From: Eledone cirrhosa
Lineage: Eukaryota
Direction: 5' to 3'
Assembly: GCA_964016885.1 (NCBI GenBank)
Contig: OZ024745.1
Span: 125,798,001 to 125,862,000, forward strand
Length of the DNA: 64,000 nt
In this document: positions 14,171-25,045 of the stretch, one piece after another
Layout of the letters: every line of letters begins with the position of its first letter
Numbering within the stretch: position 1 is the stretch's first letter
Made by a program: the position numbers and the translations under genes
The notes under the pieces: generated by a model
Seen by the model: the letters and a program-made list of their open reading frames with translations, nothing else
What the model was told of the DNA's origin: nothing
Database searches by the model: none

Positions 14171-15751
14171 AAAAAAAAAAAAAACCCGCCAAATCAATGG
14201 GTGGCAGTAGTTCCAGCTGCACACATCAAAAGACTGGTGTAGTGGTTCTGAGAACAATGCGGCTTTGCAAATGATCAATACAAATTGACAATGGAAACGT
14301 GCTCCCGCTCGAGTTAGAAGAGAACTATTGGCCTTCAGGAGAAGCAGCGACCCCTAATTGTATTCAGCAACCGAAACAAATATGAAGTACACCAAATCCA
14401 AAGCTCCTAGGGGCGGCCCCGGTTCTTATTTGCGTGTGTAAACTCAGCCAGATTAGATTAGATTAGATTGTTTTAGAGTCAGGGCCAAAACTATTATTAG
14501 GTCAAGTAGGTAGCCGACTAGTAAGTAGACCCCATAGAGGAGTACTATAGAGCGTTAAAGGATCACAGTTTCATACTAGGTTTAATCATTTCCTGCGATC
14601 AATAAATCAAGTACTAATATATATTTGCTATTCATAGTAGCGAAGAGGGCCGTATGAGCGTGGGTGAGTGTGGACCGTGTAATGCAAAATGTAGGCAGAG
14701 TAAATTCCTGTACGTTGAAATTGTAAGTTGAAATAATTTTGTTTGGAAGAATGGAACGTATAACTAGAAGGATACACGTACTGTAGTGCTAGCCAAGGGC
14801 ACTAAATATTTCGGCGCCAATTCTGGTTAGAGTAGATCTATGTGGGTATCTATATATGTGACTGTAAAGCTACCAACTCTGTGTTTATCGACCAAAAAAA
14901 ACAAAGACAAAATAAGGTATATTAATATCCTGAATATATTCAAAGAGCGTGGTCTAATTAAAAACTACAATAAACTTGTTGACATACTAAGACTTCATTT
15001 AGACCTTAGTCGTAGGGCATCGTCGTGTCACACATCGTATCTTAGATATTCAAATATGGAGTAGCCAATCACACGCCAGGTCACAACATTGCCGATTTTT
15101 TACAGAGATATATTCGATTCATGGGAGACATATGAACCCTGTATTGGACTGGTACTTTGTTTATCGAACGCCAAAGGATTGAAAATAGATTCGACCTCGG
15201 TGGAATGTCAACTCAGCGCATTGGTAGACAGACAGAATACTGCAAAACATTCTATCCGTCGTTCTAACGAATCTGCCAAATCGTCGTCTTTAACAAAGAT
15301 TAAAAAATAGCTTTATAGTAACTTTCAGCTGTCAGCAACAGCTATTACTGTTTAAGATTTTGTAATATATCCACGCGTTTATCTTGATTTCTATATATAA
15401 CAATGTAAGGTCAAATGAACTTAAATATTAATTTTTGTTTTTTATTTTCTGTCGTTTTGTTTTTATTCATTGTAACCATATATTTTTTTAAATGCAAGTT
15501 CTTCAATATTTATATTTTTTTACTTTTATTCCACACACTCACGCACAGATATATATGTATCTATACATATATACACACAGACACACACACGCACACAGAC
15601 ACAGACTCACACACATATATAAAATATATGCATCTACATATATAAATATATAGATACATATAAATATATATACCTCTATATATACATATATATATATATG
15701 CATTTATACACATATATATATATATATATATGCATTTATACACACACACAT

Positions 15752-15797
<46 letters not shown>

Positions 15798-16308
15798 AGC
15801 AATATAGGGAATGATAATGGAGAGGATGTATAGTTCTGACGTTCGAAGCACATAACTAAAGGGTGTTATTTATATTTTCTTATCTAAGTAACATTGACGG
15901 GGGGCAATAACTTGTAGTACATTACAGTCCCTCACTAAACTTGGGGTACAAGAATAGCTAGTTACATAGAGATGTTCGTAGTTACATTTTATTTTTCTCC
16001 TGGTGCATGTTTGTTGATCCAAATATAACGGGTTGAAGACGAAGAAGTATTGCTTTAAAGTGTTAAAGTGCAAAGCTGAAATAGAGTACTCGTGTTACTT
16101 AACCCAAAGACTTCCCTGATTATGCTGATCTATAACCAAACGCATTCTAATCATAACCATCTCATTATTTTCAAGGATAGCGTAACATGAATTATGTTAT
16201 CCAATGTGTCCTTATGGACTGATAACTCCTGGTGGTGTTGCAAGGGCGTCGTTTTGATATGCAACATGCCTCACATCTGAACACAGCCGATTTCCTAAAG
16301 AAAAACGC

Positions 16309-16373
<65 letters not shown>

Positions 16374-16392
16374 GGATATATTTATGTAACTA

Positions 16393-16431
<39 letters not shown>

Positions 16432-16493
16432 CGTACATATACATATAAATACATGCTTTTATGTACATATATGTAGGTACAAGTATATATATA

Positions 16494-16760
16494 TATTGTT
16501 TCCCTCATGGACTCAACTCACCTCCCCAATTACTTTAGTACCCCGTCCATTATTGTACATTCACGCCTAGATTCCAATGGTTCTCTTACAACTAATACAG
16601 ACCGACAAAATATGCACATTCCACCTTTCCCTTCCCACCCTTATATTAACATAGTCTTGCTGATAGCTTCGTACTTACAAGCACGCACGCACACACACAC
16701 ACACACACACTTTTACTTACAAATACACACACATTTCTTCTTAGCTTCGTACGGACATAT

Positions 16761-16817
<57 letters not shown>

Positions 16818-17140
16818 TGCATACGCACGCGCACAAGTATAGCACTTTATACAAAACAGTTTTTTTTCCATTACAGGTAGACGCGTTCCATTATCCGCGT
16901 TTCTAAACAAATAGATCTTACACAAAACGCCAACATCAACAGTTTTCCAAGAGATGTCAGCATGAATGGACCTGTTATTTTTATCTAAAGACATTTTTTT
17001 CGACTGCACCCTACCCGTCCCTTCAATCTATCTTATTTCTGATTCTTTCTTCTTATGAAGGACTAGCGTCCGAAACGTTAAGACCCTCTTCCTGCTATTT
17101 CAAACATTAACCTAATATATTCCTTCCATATAATGTACCG
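16494..17140 (+). mobile_element. Penelope-like 3' remnant (ORF end plus pseudo-LTR with decayed hammerhead)
   Basis: TAT TGT TTC CCT CAT GGA CTC AAC = YCFPHGLN (PLE terminal PxGLN motif), followed shortly by a stop. Hammerhead-like motif at 17048-17083. Confidence 0.55.
17048..17083 (+). ncRNA. Degenerate minimal hammerhead (G5 mutated)
   Basis: TCTT-CTTATGA-A-GGAC tagc GTCC-GAAA-CG-TT-AAGA. Stems I and II are intact; the core reads CTTATGA instead of CTGATGA. Confidence 0.6.
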
Positions 17141-17509
17141 ATTTTGTACATTACATACATACATGATGACTTGCCCCTCGTTATCGAGTATGGCCATTGC
17201 ACGAGAAAAAATAACAAAAACAAAAAATAACATACATAATAATAATAATAATAATGATTTCATTTATTGGCCACAAGGGCCGACATATAGGGGACAACAC
17301 AATAGACAGGGACAGTGGGGGTTTACATAGAGATCAAGTAAGTATAAATAACAAGAAAAACAAAATAACAATAAAAATACAACAATGAAAGTTCCCCAAT
17401 AAGAGGGATCACCACCCAGGGTTGACTCAAGCACCCCACCAGTCCTGAGCCACCCGACGCTCCTAGGGCACCCGGGAAGGGCACCCCTCTCCTTCTCGAA
17501 TTCACCAGC

Positions 17510-20500
17510 CTACAGGCGCATGATCAGAGTAGGCCCACTCACGCGGGCCATTCTCGCCACATTCACCCACCTTTCAGTAAATGTACTGGGGGGCAGCACT
17601 TCTCTCTCCACCCTCACCTTCCTTTCCAAGTGAAACTTGAAGAAGTTGATGAGGGATTGGCCGAAGAGAAAAGTGTCTGTCTTCAGTCCTTTCAACCTGG
17701 TCCACCATGCAACCTCTTTCGCTACTGCCACCAGGCAGAGGAAAATTGCCTGCCCTTCCTGACCAAAAGAAGGCGGCGGGTCAATCTTCACTATGGACTC
17801 GGACGATAGCCGGATCCGTTCTACACGCGACAATAGCTGTTCGACATAACCCCACAAGTCAGCAATGCACGGACACTGGACGAGTGCGTGCAGAACGGTT
17901 TCGTCGCTCTGCGCGCATCTCGGGCAGGTTCGTCTGACAGCACTTCCGTGCCTGTAGAGTTTATCCCGAACCGGCAGCGCCCCCCGGTAGCACTGCCAAG
18001 CGAGGGATTTCTGGAAGTTATCCATCGTCCCCGGCTCGAAAGTCCTCCGGAACATACTGGTCAGTTCTACTTCGTTGACGCCCAGAGCCTCTCCTAGTAC
18101 GTCATCGCACTTGCCCTCCACTAATCCTCTATAGAAATCTTGAGTGGAAGTTCCACTGACCGCATTGCCCACCTTGCAGAGTGCAGTGAGCGCCTGGCAA
18201 CATTCCAGATGCCAGTCGCCCAGTCTCGGTCTCTTCTTGACCCAGGACTGCAGCTCAGTCAAAGAGATGAGCTGCGGAAAGGCCCGTCTAACAAACGGCG
18301 ACCACACCTGTTCACCGTTTAGGCAAAATATCTGGAGATGTCGCAGCCTCAGCGCATGTCTGCGCATCATTAGCCACGGCATGCCCAGCCCTCCACGAAG
18401 AGGGTGCTGGCAGCAGATGGACCGCCTCACCAACGGGACCCGTCCCCTCCACAAAAATTTGAAAAGGAGCCGTTCCAAATTGGCGAGGCGTGGACGGGGG
18501 CAAGGCACGACGGTCAGGCGGTAGTAGATGACGGACGCGATGTACGCGTTCGCCACCTCCGCCCGCCCTTTCAGTGATAGCTTTCTCTCAGCCCATTTCT
18601 GGGTGAGGTTGGCTATCCTGCTCGTCACCTCGTCCCAATTCTTATCCACCTGGAGGTCTGGTCCGAACCAAACCCCGAGCAACTTTACCGGTCCGTCTGT
18701 CCAGCGCCCAACGACGCTGTTGGACGGCATGGACTTGCCTCTCCAGGTGCCGAGCTGCAAGCCCACCGACTTTTCCGGGTTAAGTTTTGCTCCCGTCAAC
18801 CTTTCATATTCCTCCAAATGGGTGCGGATCACCTCGATTTCCGAGGTGTCCGACACCATCACGGTGATGTCGTCTGCATAAGCGGACGCAGCCTTTCTAC
18901 GTCCCGGTTCGAGCGGGATGCCCTGCAACAACTCCAGCTTCCGCAGTAGAGGCTCAAGAGTCAATACGTACAGAAGTGAGGAGAGAGGGCACCCTTGACG
19001 GACCGATCGAGAGATCTGAAACGGTTCCGAGAGGTGGCCATTAACTTTGACCACCGAGCGGATGCCGCTGTACATTGCAGCGATCCAGCTTCTGAAGACG
19101 GGGCCGAAGCCAGCCGCCTCGAGGACAGCCTCCAAGTACCGATGGTCGACCCTATCGAATGCTTTCGATTGATCTAAATTGATCAGAGCCCCACCGAAGC
19201 CAGGTTTGCACCCAACCCTCTCTATGATGTATCGCATGAGGTGGAGGTTGTCGTGTATGGACCTGGTCGGGATTGCGCAAGTTTGCGCCTCCCCAACCAA
19301 ATCTTTGACGACAAGCGCCAACCTTTTCGCTAACACCTTGGCCAAAATCTTAAACTCTGTGTTGAGCAGGGTTATGGGCCTGAAATTATCTAGTGTGTCC
19401 CTCTTGTTCTCGTCTTTCCTTATCAGCGTCACTACGCCACGGCTCACAGAACTGGGAATGCTCCCGTTCTGCTGCCAGTTGCAGTAGAGCGCTTCGAGGA
19501 GATCGGAGAACAAGTCTGGCATATTTACGTAAAGCTCGTAGGGCAGACCATCCAAACCGGGTGACTTGCGACTCGAGCAGCCGACAAGGGCGTCCTGAAT
19601 TTCGGCTGATGTTATCGGCTCTTCGCAGCGCTCAGCGTCGGCCGTCGAGAGGCGTGGCAAGCCGTCGAGGTAGGGACTGAAGTCCGCCGCCATCTCCGAC
19701 TCACCCATCCTCCCGAACAATCGAGCAAAGTGCTGGCGAAAGGCCTCACACATCTGCTTGGAATCGCTCAGTTCGTGTCCATCTCGATCCGTCAAAGACC
19801 GAATTGTGGTTTTATTTCCACGCTGCGTCTCTGCAAAGCGAGCCCATCGGGCAGCTTTGGTTCCCTCGTTCCTCAGAGCACGCGCCTTAGCTCTGACAAT
19901 GCAACCTTCGTGTTTCGCATTGAAGAAATGGTCTAGTGCCATTCTCGCCGCTAGCACGTCTGTTGCAATGCCACTACAAATAGCCTCGTCTAACTTAGCT
20001 ATCAGCCCCTCCTCTTTTCTATTTTTCTCTATTGCTACTTCTTTGCTAAATCCTATCGAGGTTGCTCTAATCTCTCTTTTGAGTGCCCCCCACCACCTGT
20101 TGTTGACAACCCCCCCTGTCAACTTTTGCTTAACTAAGTTGTTGACCCGGTCCCTGTAAGCTTTACGTGCCGGAAACGACATGTTTAGCTTCCAGTAGCT
20201 AGGTCCTAACCTACGTGTCTTATCTAGGTCGACCATACAGATCACAAGCTTGTGATCTGAATAGGCAACCGTTTTAAAATGTGGACATCCTACACTATTT
20301 CTATCTCTTTTCCTAATGAAAATCCTATCTATGTACGATCTAGATGACCCTATGCGATTGGTCCAGGTCCATACTGGCGCATTAGGGAAATCTAGTCGGT
20401 ACCTGTCAGACAGTTGAAACTGGCTGATCAGGTACTTGAGGCTTTTGCACCCCCCGCTCCTATCAGATACTCCCACACAATCCCAGCGTGCTTCTAAGAT

Positions 20501-20929
20501 GCCATTCCAATCCCCTATTAACAGTAAAGGGCGAGACGTAAGCAGAAAGTTTTCCAGGCGCCTAAAGAAGTCCGGCCGACCGGCCCCAGTAGGGGCGTAG
20601 ACGGCCACCAGTCTAAAGGCACCACCTTCGCTATTGCTCACGTCCAGGACCACCAACTTTCCGTCAGGATCCCGGAAGATTGACCTTACCTCGAGATCCA
20701 GACATTTCCTAAACAGCACAGCCACTCCACCTCCCATTCCCGGCCGACTAACAGATGCAAAGATCTGATAATCGTCGAAAATCGGCGCCAGTGCGCGTGT
20801 GTCGGAAATTCTGGTCTCGCTGATGGCAATTACATCCATTCCTAGTGACCTGAGGTCGTTGAGCAAGTGACCTTGCTTCCAGGGCGACCCCAGGCCACGA
20901 ACATTTAAACTTCCTACTCTTATGGCCAT
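17510..20929 (-). CDS. LINE ORF2: AP endonuclease + reverse transcriptase + C-terminal zinc finger (1139 aa)
   Basis: APE motifs SLNVRGL, ISET, VYAP, GDWN, IDRIF, SDH. RT motifs SPGLDG, FRPITLLN, LDQSKAFDRVDH, VRQGCPLS, YADD. Zinc finger CPRC-x8-H-x4-C. WKLN and RPITLLN context typical of L1/Tx1. Confidence 0.97.
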   Translation of the reverse strand: MAIRVGSLNVRGLGSPWKQGHLLNDLRSLGMDVIAISETRISDTRALAPIFDDYQIFASVSRPGMGGGVAVLFRKCLDLEVRSIFRDPDGKLVVLDVSNSEGGAFRLVAVYAPTGAGRPDFFRRLENFLLTSRPLLLIGDWNGILEARWDCVGVSDRSGGCKSLKYLISQFQLSDRYRLDFPNAPVWTWTNRIGSSRSYIDRIFIRKRDRNSVGCPHFKTVAYSDHKLVICMVDLDKTRRLGPSYWKLNMSFPARKAYRDRVNNLVKQKLTGGVVNNRWWGALKREIRATSIGFSKEVAIEKNRKEEGLIAKLDEAICSGIATDVLAARMALDHFFNAKHEGCIVRAKARALRNEGTKAARWARFAETQRGNKTTIRSLTDRDGHELSDSKQMCEAFRQHFARLFGRMGESEMAADFSPYLDGLPRLSTADAERCEEPITSAEIQDALVGCSSRKSPGLDGLPYELYVNMPDLFSDLLEALYCNWQQNGSIPSSVSRGVVTLIRKDENKRDTLDNFRPITLLNTEFKILAKVLAKRLALVVKDLVGEAQTCAIPTRSIHDNLHLMRYIIERVGCKPGFGGALINLDQSKAFDRVDHRYLEAVLEAAGFGPVFRSWIAAMYSGIRSVVKVNGHLSEPFQISRSVRQGCPLSSLLYVLTLEPLLRKLELLQGIPLEPGRRKAASAYADDITVMVSDTSEIEVIRTHLEEYERLTGAKLNPEKSVGLQLGTWRGKSMPSNSVVGRWTDGPVKLLGVWFGPDLQVDKNWDEVTSRIANLTQKWAERKLSLKGRAEVANAYIASVIYYRLTVVPCPRPRLANLERLLFKFLWRGRVPLVRRSICCQHPLRGGLGMPWLMMRRHALRLRHLQIFCLNGEQVWSPFVRRAFPQLISLTELQSWVKKRPRLGDWHLECCQALTALCKVGNAVSGTSTQDFYRGLVEGKCDDVLGEALGVNEVELTSMFRRTFEPGTMDNFQKSLAWQCYRGALPVRDKLYRHGSAVRRTCPRCAQSDETVLHALVQCPCIADLWGYVEQLLSRVERIRLSSESIVKIDPPPSFGQEGQAIFLCLVAVAKEVAWWTRLKGLKTDTFLFGQSLINFFKFHLERKVRVEREVLPPSTFTERWVNVARMARVSGPTLIMRL

Positions 20930-20958
20930 GCTGGCAGGATGAATGGGAGAGGAAAGGT

Positions 20959-22869
20959 TTACTTACCTTCCGGGGTCTTGTGAAGGTCGGGTGGTTCGAC
21001 CTCCATGGTTTGTGGGGTTTCTTTTGGGAACCCCTTTAATAGTCTTGACGTGGGTTTTACGTTCGGGGTTCCCACATCCCGAGGAAAGCTCTTTCGAATT
21101 TCTTTGTATGAAGCGAGCGACATTCGCATCAGAAGCAAATTATCTGGTACGCGAAATGTGCTCGCTTCAAATGTTTCCCCGTCTTTTTCGATGTTTGTGC
21201 TTCGTGCTACATGGGCCATCAATTCCTTGTTGGCCCTTCTGGCAAGCACGAAGTTTTTAATGTTTTGTTGCTCGGGTTTTATTTGTTCGTGTGATTGTGG
21301 TGGTGATAGCTTTGTTAGTGTTGTTTCTATTGTGTCTGCGTTTGTTGTGGGTGGGGTGTCTGTAGTTTCTGATGTTTGTGTGTCTATTTGTTCTTGTGTC
21401 TGTTTAGCTTGTTTGCGTTTGGGGGATTTTGGTGGTTGTGTTGGTGATGCTGTGGGGAAAATGTTTGTGTGGGTGGTGTGTGTATTTTTTTTTGTGGGGG
21501 TGTTTGTGCTTTGTGGATTTCTTTTTTTTTTGTGTTTTGTTTTTTGTATTTTGGGGGACTTTGGTTTTCCCTCATCTTCACTGCTGGAGGATGAGGGGTC
21601 TGTGGCTGTGAGCGTGTTTGTGTCTGAGTGAGTGTTTATGTTCTTGTTCGTGTGTGTATTTTGGGGGGGAGGGGGAATGGGAGAGCTTTCCTCGTTTCCC
21701 CCCTGGGTGTGCAATTTTGGTGGTTCCATTGTTGACGGTGTTGCTGGTGGTCCTTGTCCCGGCGTCGCCAGCAGTGGAATCTTTCGACCCCTTGCGCTTT
21801 TCGGCAGTTGAGGGCAGAAGGCTCGCAAGTGTGTCGTTTCCCCACAAAGGAAACAATGCGGCCTTTTGCCCTCAGTCATTATATGCAACACCCTCCCGTT
21901 TTGGAGGCGGATGTGGTCCGGGATTGTTTTTACGTTTTCGGGTCTGATTTGGAGCAGTATCTCCAGATCAACCCCGGACCAGTCGTCCCTGGCAGTTCTC
22001 GTTGCCTCTACCGGGACTGTATCCGTTCCTTCCACGATTACGCAACCCAGGAGCCACCACATATCAAGTCCTGGTGGAATCCTGGGAATGCGCACACGTG
22101 CTATTCGTTTTCCCATGTGGGAGGGGTACATTATGACCTTGCTGGTTTTGCAAGGGGTCATTGAATGCTTCACAGCGAGGGCTTCAGACTTGAACAGCAC
22201 CGAAACGGTGCCGTATTGCCTGCCCCTCTCTATGAAGTCTGTGTCCTCTCTGATGTATTTCAGTGCGGCTTCTATGTCAGCTTGGGCGATTATCGCTGCC
22301 CTCTTTGTCTCTACTGAGATGCATCTGAAATGCACCGTTCTTTTTTCCACTGCCTCAATGGCTTCTGCCGGGACAGTTAAGTTTGCCCAGGTCTGCTCTT
22401 GATTTATGATTTTCCAGGCCTGGGCCAACTTTTCCTCTCTGTTGGTTAAGTCGATGCTGTAGCATGGTCTCCTTTTAGCCGCTGCCACAGCAGCGAAAGT
22501 GTTCTTGTTGGTGTTGTCACTGTTGTTGTTCTTGTTGGTGTTGCTGCTGCTATTGCTGTTGTTGTTCTCCCCTGTGTCGTGGTTTCCCTCTGTGCTGTTG
22601 GCCTTGTTGGTGCTGTTGCTGTCGCTACTATTACTCTCTGTGCTGTTTGTTTTGTTGGTGCTCTCGCTATTACCACCTTCTGCGCTGTTCGGCTTGTTGG
22701 TGTTGGTGTTGTCGCTGTTACCTACTTCCGCGCCGCTCGGCCCGTTGGTGCTGGCACTGTCGCTGCTCACACTCGTGCTGGTGGCGCTCCTCGCCTCACC
22801 TCTCCTCTCAACGCTCAAGTCGCCGTTGCACGACAGCAGACCCGCCTCTAGGGGGCGTGGCTCCGCCAT
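20959..22869 (-). CDS. LINE ORF1 (gag-like nucleic-acid-binding protein, 636 aa)
   Basis: Ends 29 bp upstream of ORF2. CCHC knuckle CFLCGETTHLRAFC, TFAAVAA motif, N/S/T-rich N-terminus and T/P/K-rich C-terminus. Confidence 0.92.
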   Translation of the reverse strand: MAEPRPLEAGLLSCNGDLSVERRGEARSATSTSVSSDSASTNGPSGAEVGNSDNTNTNKPNSAEGGNSESTNKTNSTESNSSDSNSTNKANSTEGNHDTGENNNSNSSSNTNKNNNSDNTNKNTFAAVAAAKRRPCYSIDLTNREEKLAQAWKIINQEQTWANLTVPAEAIEAVEKRTVHFRCISVETKRAAIIAQADIEAALKYIREDTDFIERGRQYGTVSVLFKSEALAVKHSMTPCKTSKVIMYPSHMGKRIARVRIPRIPPGLDMWWLLGCVIVEGTDTVPVEATRTARDDWSGVDLEILLQIRPENVKTIPDHIRLQNGRVLHIMTEGKRPHCFLCGETTHLRAFCPQLPKSARGRKIPLLATPGQGPPATPSTMEPPKLHTQGGNEESSPIPPPPQNTHTNKNINTHSDTNTLTATDPSSSSSEDEGKPKSPKIQKTKHKKKRNPQSTNTPTKKNTHTTHTNIFPTASPTQPPKSPKRKQAKQTQEQIDTQTSETTDTPPTTNADTIETTLTKLSPPQSHEQIKPEQQNIKNFVLARRANKELMAHVARSTNIEKDGETFEASTFRVPDNLLLMRMSLASYKEIRKSFPRDVGTPNVKPTSRLLKGFPKETPQTMEVEPPDLHKTPEGK

Positions 22870-23163
22870 GTTTTTTTGAGAAAAAAATTATTATTTTTTT
22901 TCAAAATAAAGTTCAAATATTTGGGCCAAAAGGCCCAAATATTATGAGTTATTCCTTCACAGGATACAAATGAAAGTCTTATAATGCTTCAACGGTACAA
23001 AAAATAAACAATTCTCTACAATTAATCCTCAAAAAATCGCTTACTCACGGAGCTTCAAAAAACGTACATCCACTTTCGTCAATAATAATAATAATAATAA
23101 CAACAATAATAATAACGATTTCTTTATAACAATAATAATAACGACAACAACAACAATAATAAT

Positions 23164-23346
23164 TGTTTCTACTTTAGGCACAAGGCCAGCAATTACCAGT
23201 GCATTACTGGTACTTTATTTTATCGACCCCGTAAGGATGAAAGGCAAAGTCAACCTCGGCAGGATTTGAACTCAGATGGTAAAGGGACGTAACTATGCTG
23301 GAAAGCATGGCGTCCGACCCTCTACCGATACTGCCAATCCACCGCC
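23164..23346 (-). mobile_element. SINE, short form, next to the AAT/AAC tract that holds the LINE
   Basis: Family consensus in reverse complement. Confidence 0.9.
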
Positions 23347-23429
23347 AACAACAACAATAATAATATACATATATATATACACACACACAAACATATCTAT
23401 ACACACACGATAGTAATTAACAGCGCTGC

Positions 23430-23820
23430 GAACAAAGTGGATTTTTAGCCCAGCCAATGATCTACAATGTCTTGCACAGAGTCGGCAACCAAAACATTCA
23501 CTGGGAATAGCCGGCTGTGGTTGGAGTTCATGTACTTTTGCATGTCGTTTGAACCCTCCTGCAGATTTACATTCTCTACCACATGCTTGGCAAGCATGAT
23601 GAGTAGCATCTCCAACAGCAGCCTGGTAGTCAACCACTGGTCTTACTTTATGACTGCGAAGATGACTTTCGAGTCCAGCTTTGCTTAGACAGAGTCTCGC
23701 ACAGACGCTGCATGTCAGCACCATAGGAGGACCCTCTCCGTCTGGAAGTGCAACAGCATTACCCTTCCTCACATCCCGCTTTATTTTCTCGTATGCGATT
23801 CGAGATGCCTCAAAGGCAAC
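23430..23820 (-). mobile_element. RTE-like LINE 3' coding fragment with three C2H2-type fingers
   Basis: CSVCARLCLSKAGLESHLRSH, CQACGRECKSAGGFKRHAKVH and CRLCARHCRSLAGLKIH match the RTE terminal 'C..C.R.C.S..GL.SH' motif. Confidence 0.65.
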
Positions 23821-24111
23821 TTTTCCCTCATATACAGTTTGTCAAATCATCGAGTCAGTCAATTCGTACTTACGAATAAACGCACTTATATACGAAGGAT
23901 TCATATATCCATTGTTTCAACGTTGATATAATGTAGGTTTTTAGGTTAATGAGCGAGCAGACATTATATGGATTTGCTGACATGAAAGTTAATTTTGCTT
24001 ATGCAATTGTTTTCTTTTACTTCCTTTCATTATCTCATAACTACTCATATACACACATACATACATACATACATACATACATACATGCATACATGCACAT
24101 ATACATACATG

Positions 24112-24144
<33 letters not shown>

Positions 24145-24145
24145 G

Positions 24146-24232
<87 letters not shown>

Positions 24233-24424
24233 AGCGTGGTTGGGCACACACAAGAAAGACAACGGAAAAACGAACAGCCCTTTCTCTCCTCAGTCAAGAT
24301 TTAATTAATTTATATATATATATGTATGTATGTATATATATATATATATATATATATACACCGACTGACAGACAAACAGACAAACACATATATGGAGAGA
24401 GGGGGATTTAATTGCTAATTTGTA

Positions 24425-24469
<45 letters not shown>

Positions 24470-24719
24470 TATATACACATACATATATATATATTATGCA
24501 ATTAAATCCCTCTAAATTTCTGGCATCTTTTACTACAGTTTCATTTCAACCCAATCTTTCTCCGTATATTTGGATAGATTTGCTAATTCTGTAACCCAGT
24601 CCGATGCACTATATTTATGTCATTAACTCAAACGAGCTATCTTGTCACAGGGTTACATAATAATAATATTATAAGTAGAAACAAATAACGATTGATGAAA
24701 GTAAAATGTACTACATACA

Positions 24720-25045
24720 TATATAAAAATTGACTGAAGCTGTTAAAATGACAAGTCAGTCAATCATATTGATCGCCTCCCCACAGACCTGGCGGACAGA
24801 ATGGAGAAGGCGTTTCCTCGGAGAATGGTAAGGGAGATGCACTGGAAAAGCCCTTCTAGTTCGCGAGGCTCACACCTGCGGCTGGCCAGCTCAGCGCCTA
24901 TGGTGGTGAGTAGGGAGGTAGCCCTAGGGCCGAGGACACCAGAAGTCTCCACTGCCAGGGTCAGGACCGCAAACCTGTCGGAGAGCGACCGGTATTTGGA
25001 GAGTTTGGCCTCTTGAGCCCTACATGCAACAAAACCTGGGTTACA
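24720..25045 (-). mobile_element. CRE-like LINE 3' fragment (REL C-terminus)
   Basis: AVETSGVLGPRA..LL..IG..L..RRCEPRE...LFQCIS..ILRGNAFSIL; homologous to ~59320-59395. Confidence 0.7.

Larger units (their letters stand above)
17256..23080 (-). mobile_element. Full-length (5825 bp) L1/Tx1-type non-LTR retrotransposon, apparently intact
   Basis: Two uninterrupted ORFs, 211-bp 5' UTR and 254-bp 3' UTR with AATAAA near the end. Sharp GC shift at the borders; (AAT)6 at 17238-17255 and 23081-23098. Confidence 0.95.

Noticed and set aside
17707-22973. Plus-strand and alternative-frame ORFs overlapping the LINE
   Set aside because: Shadow ORFs of GC-rich or low-complexity coding sequence.
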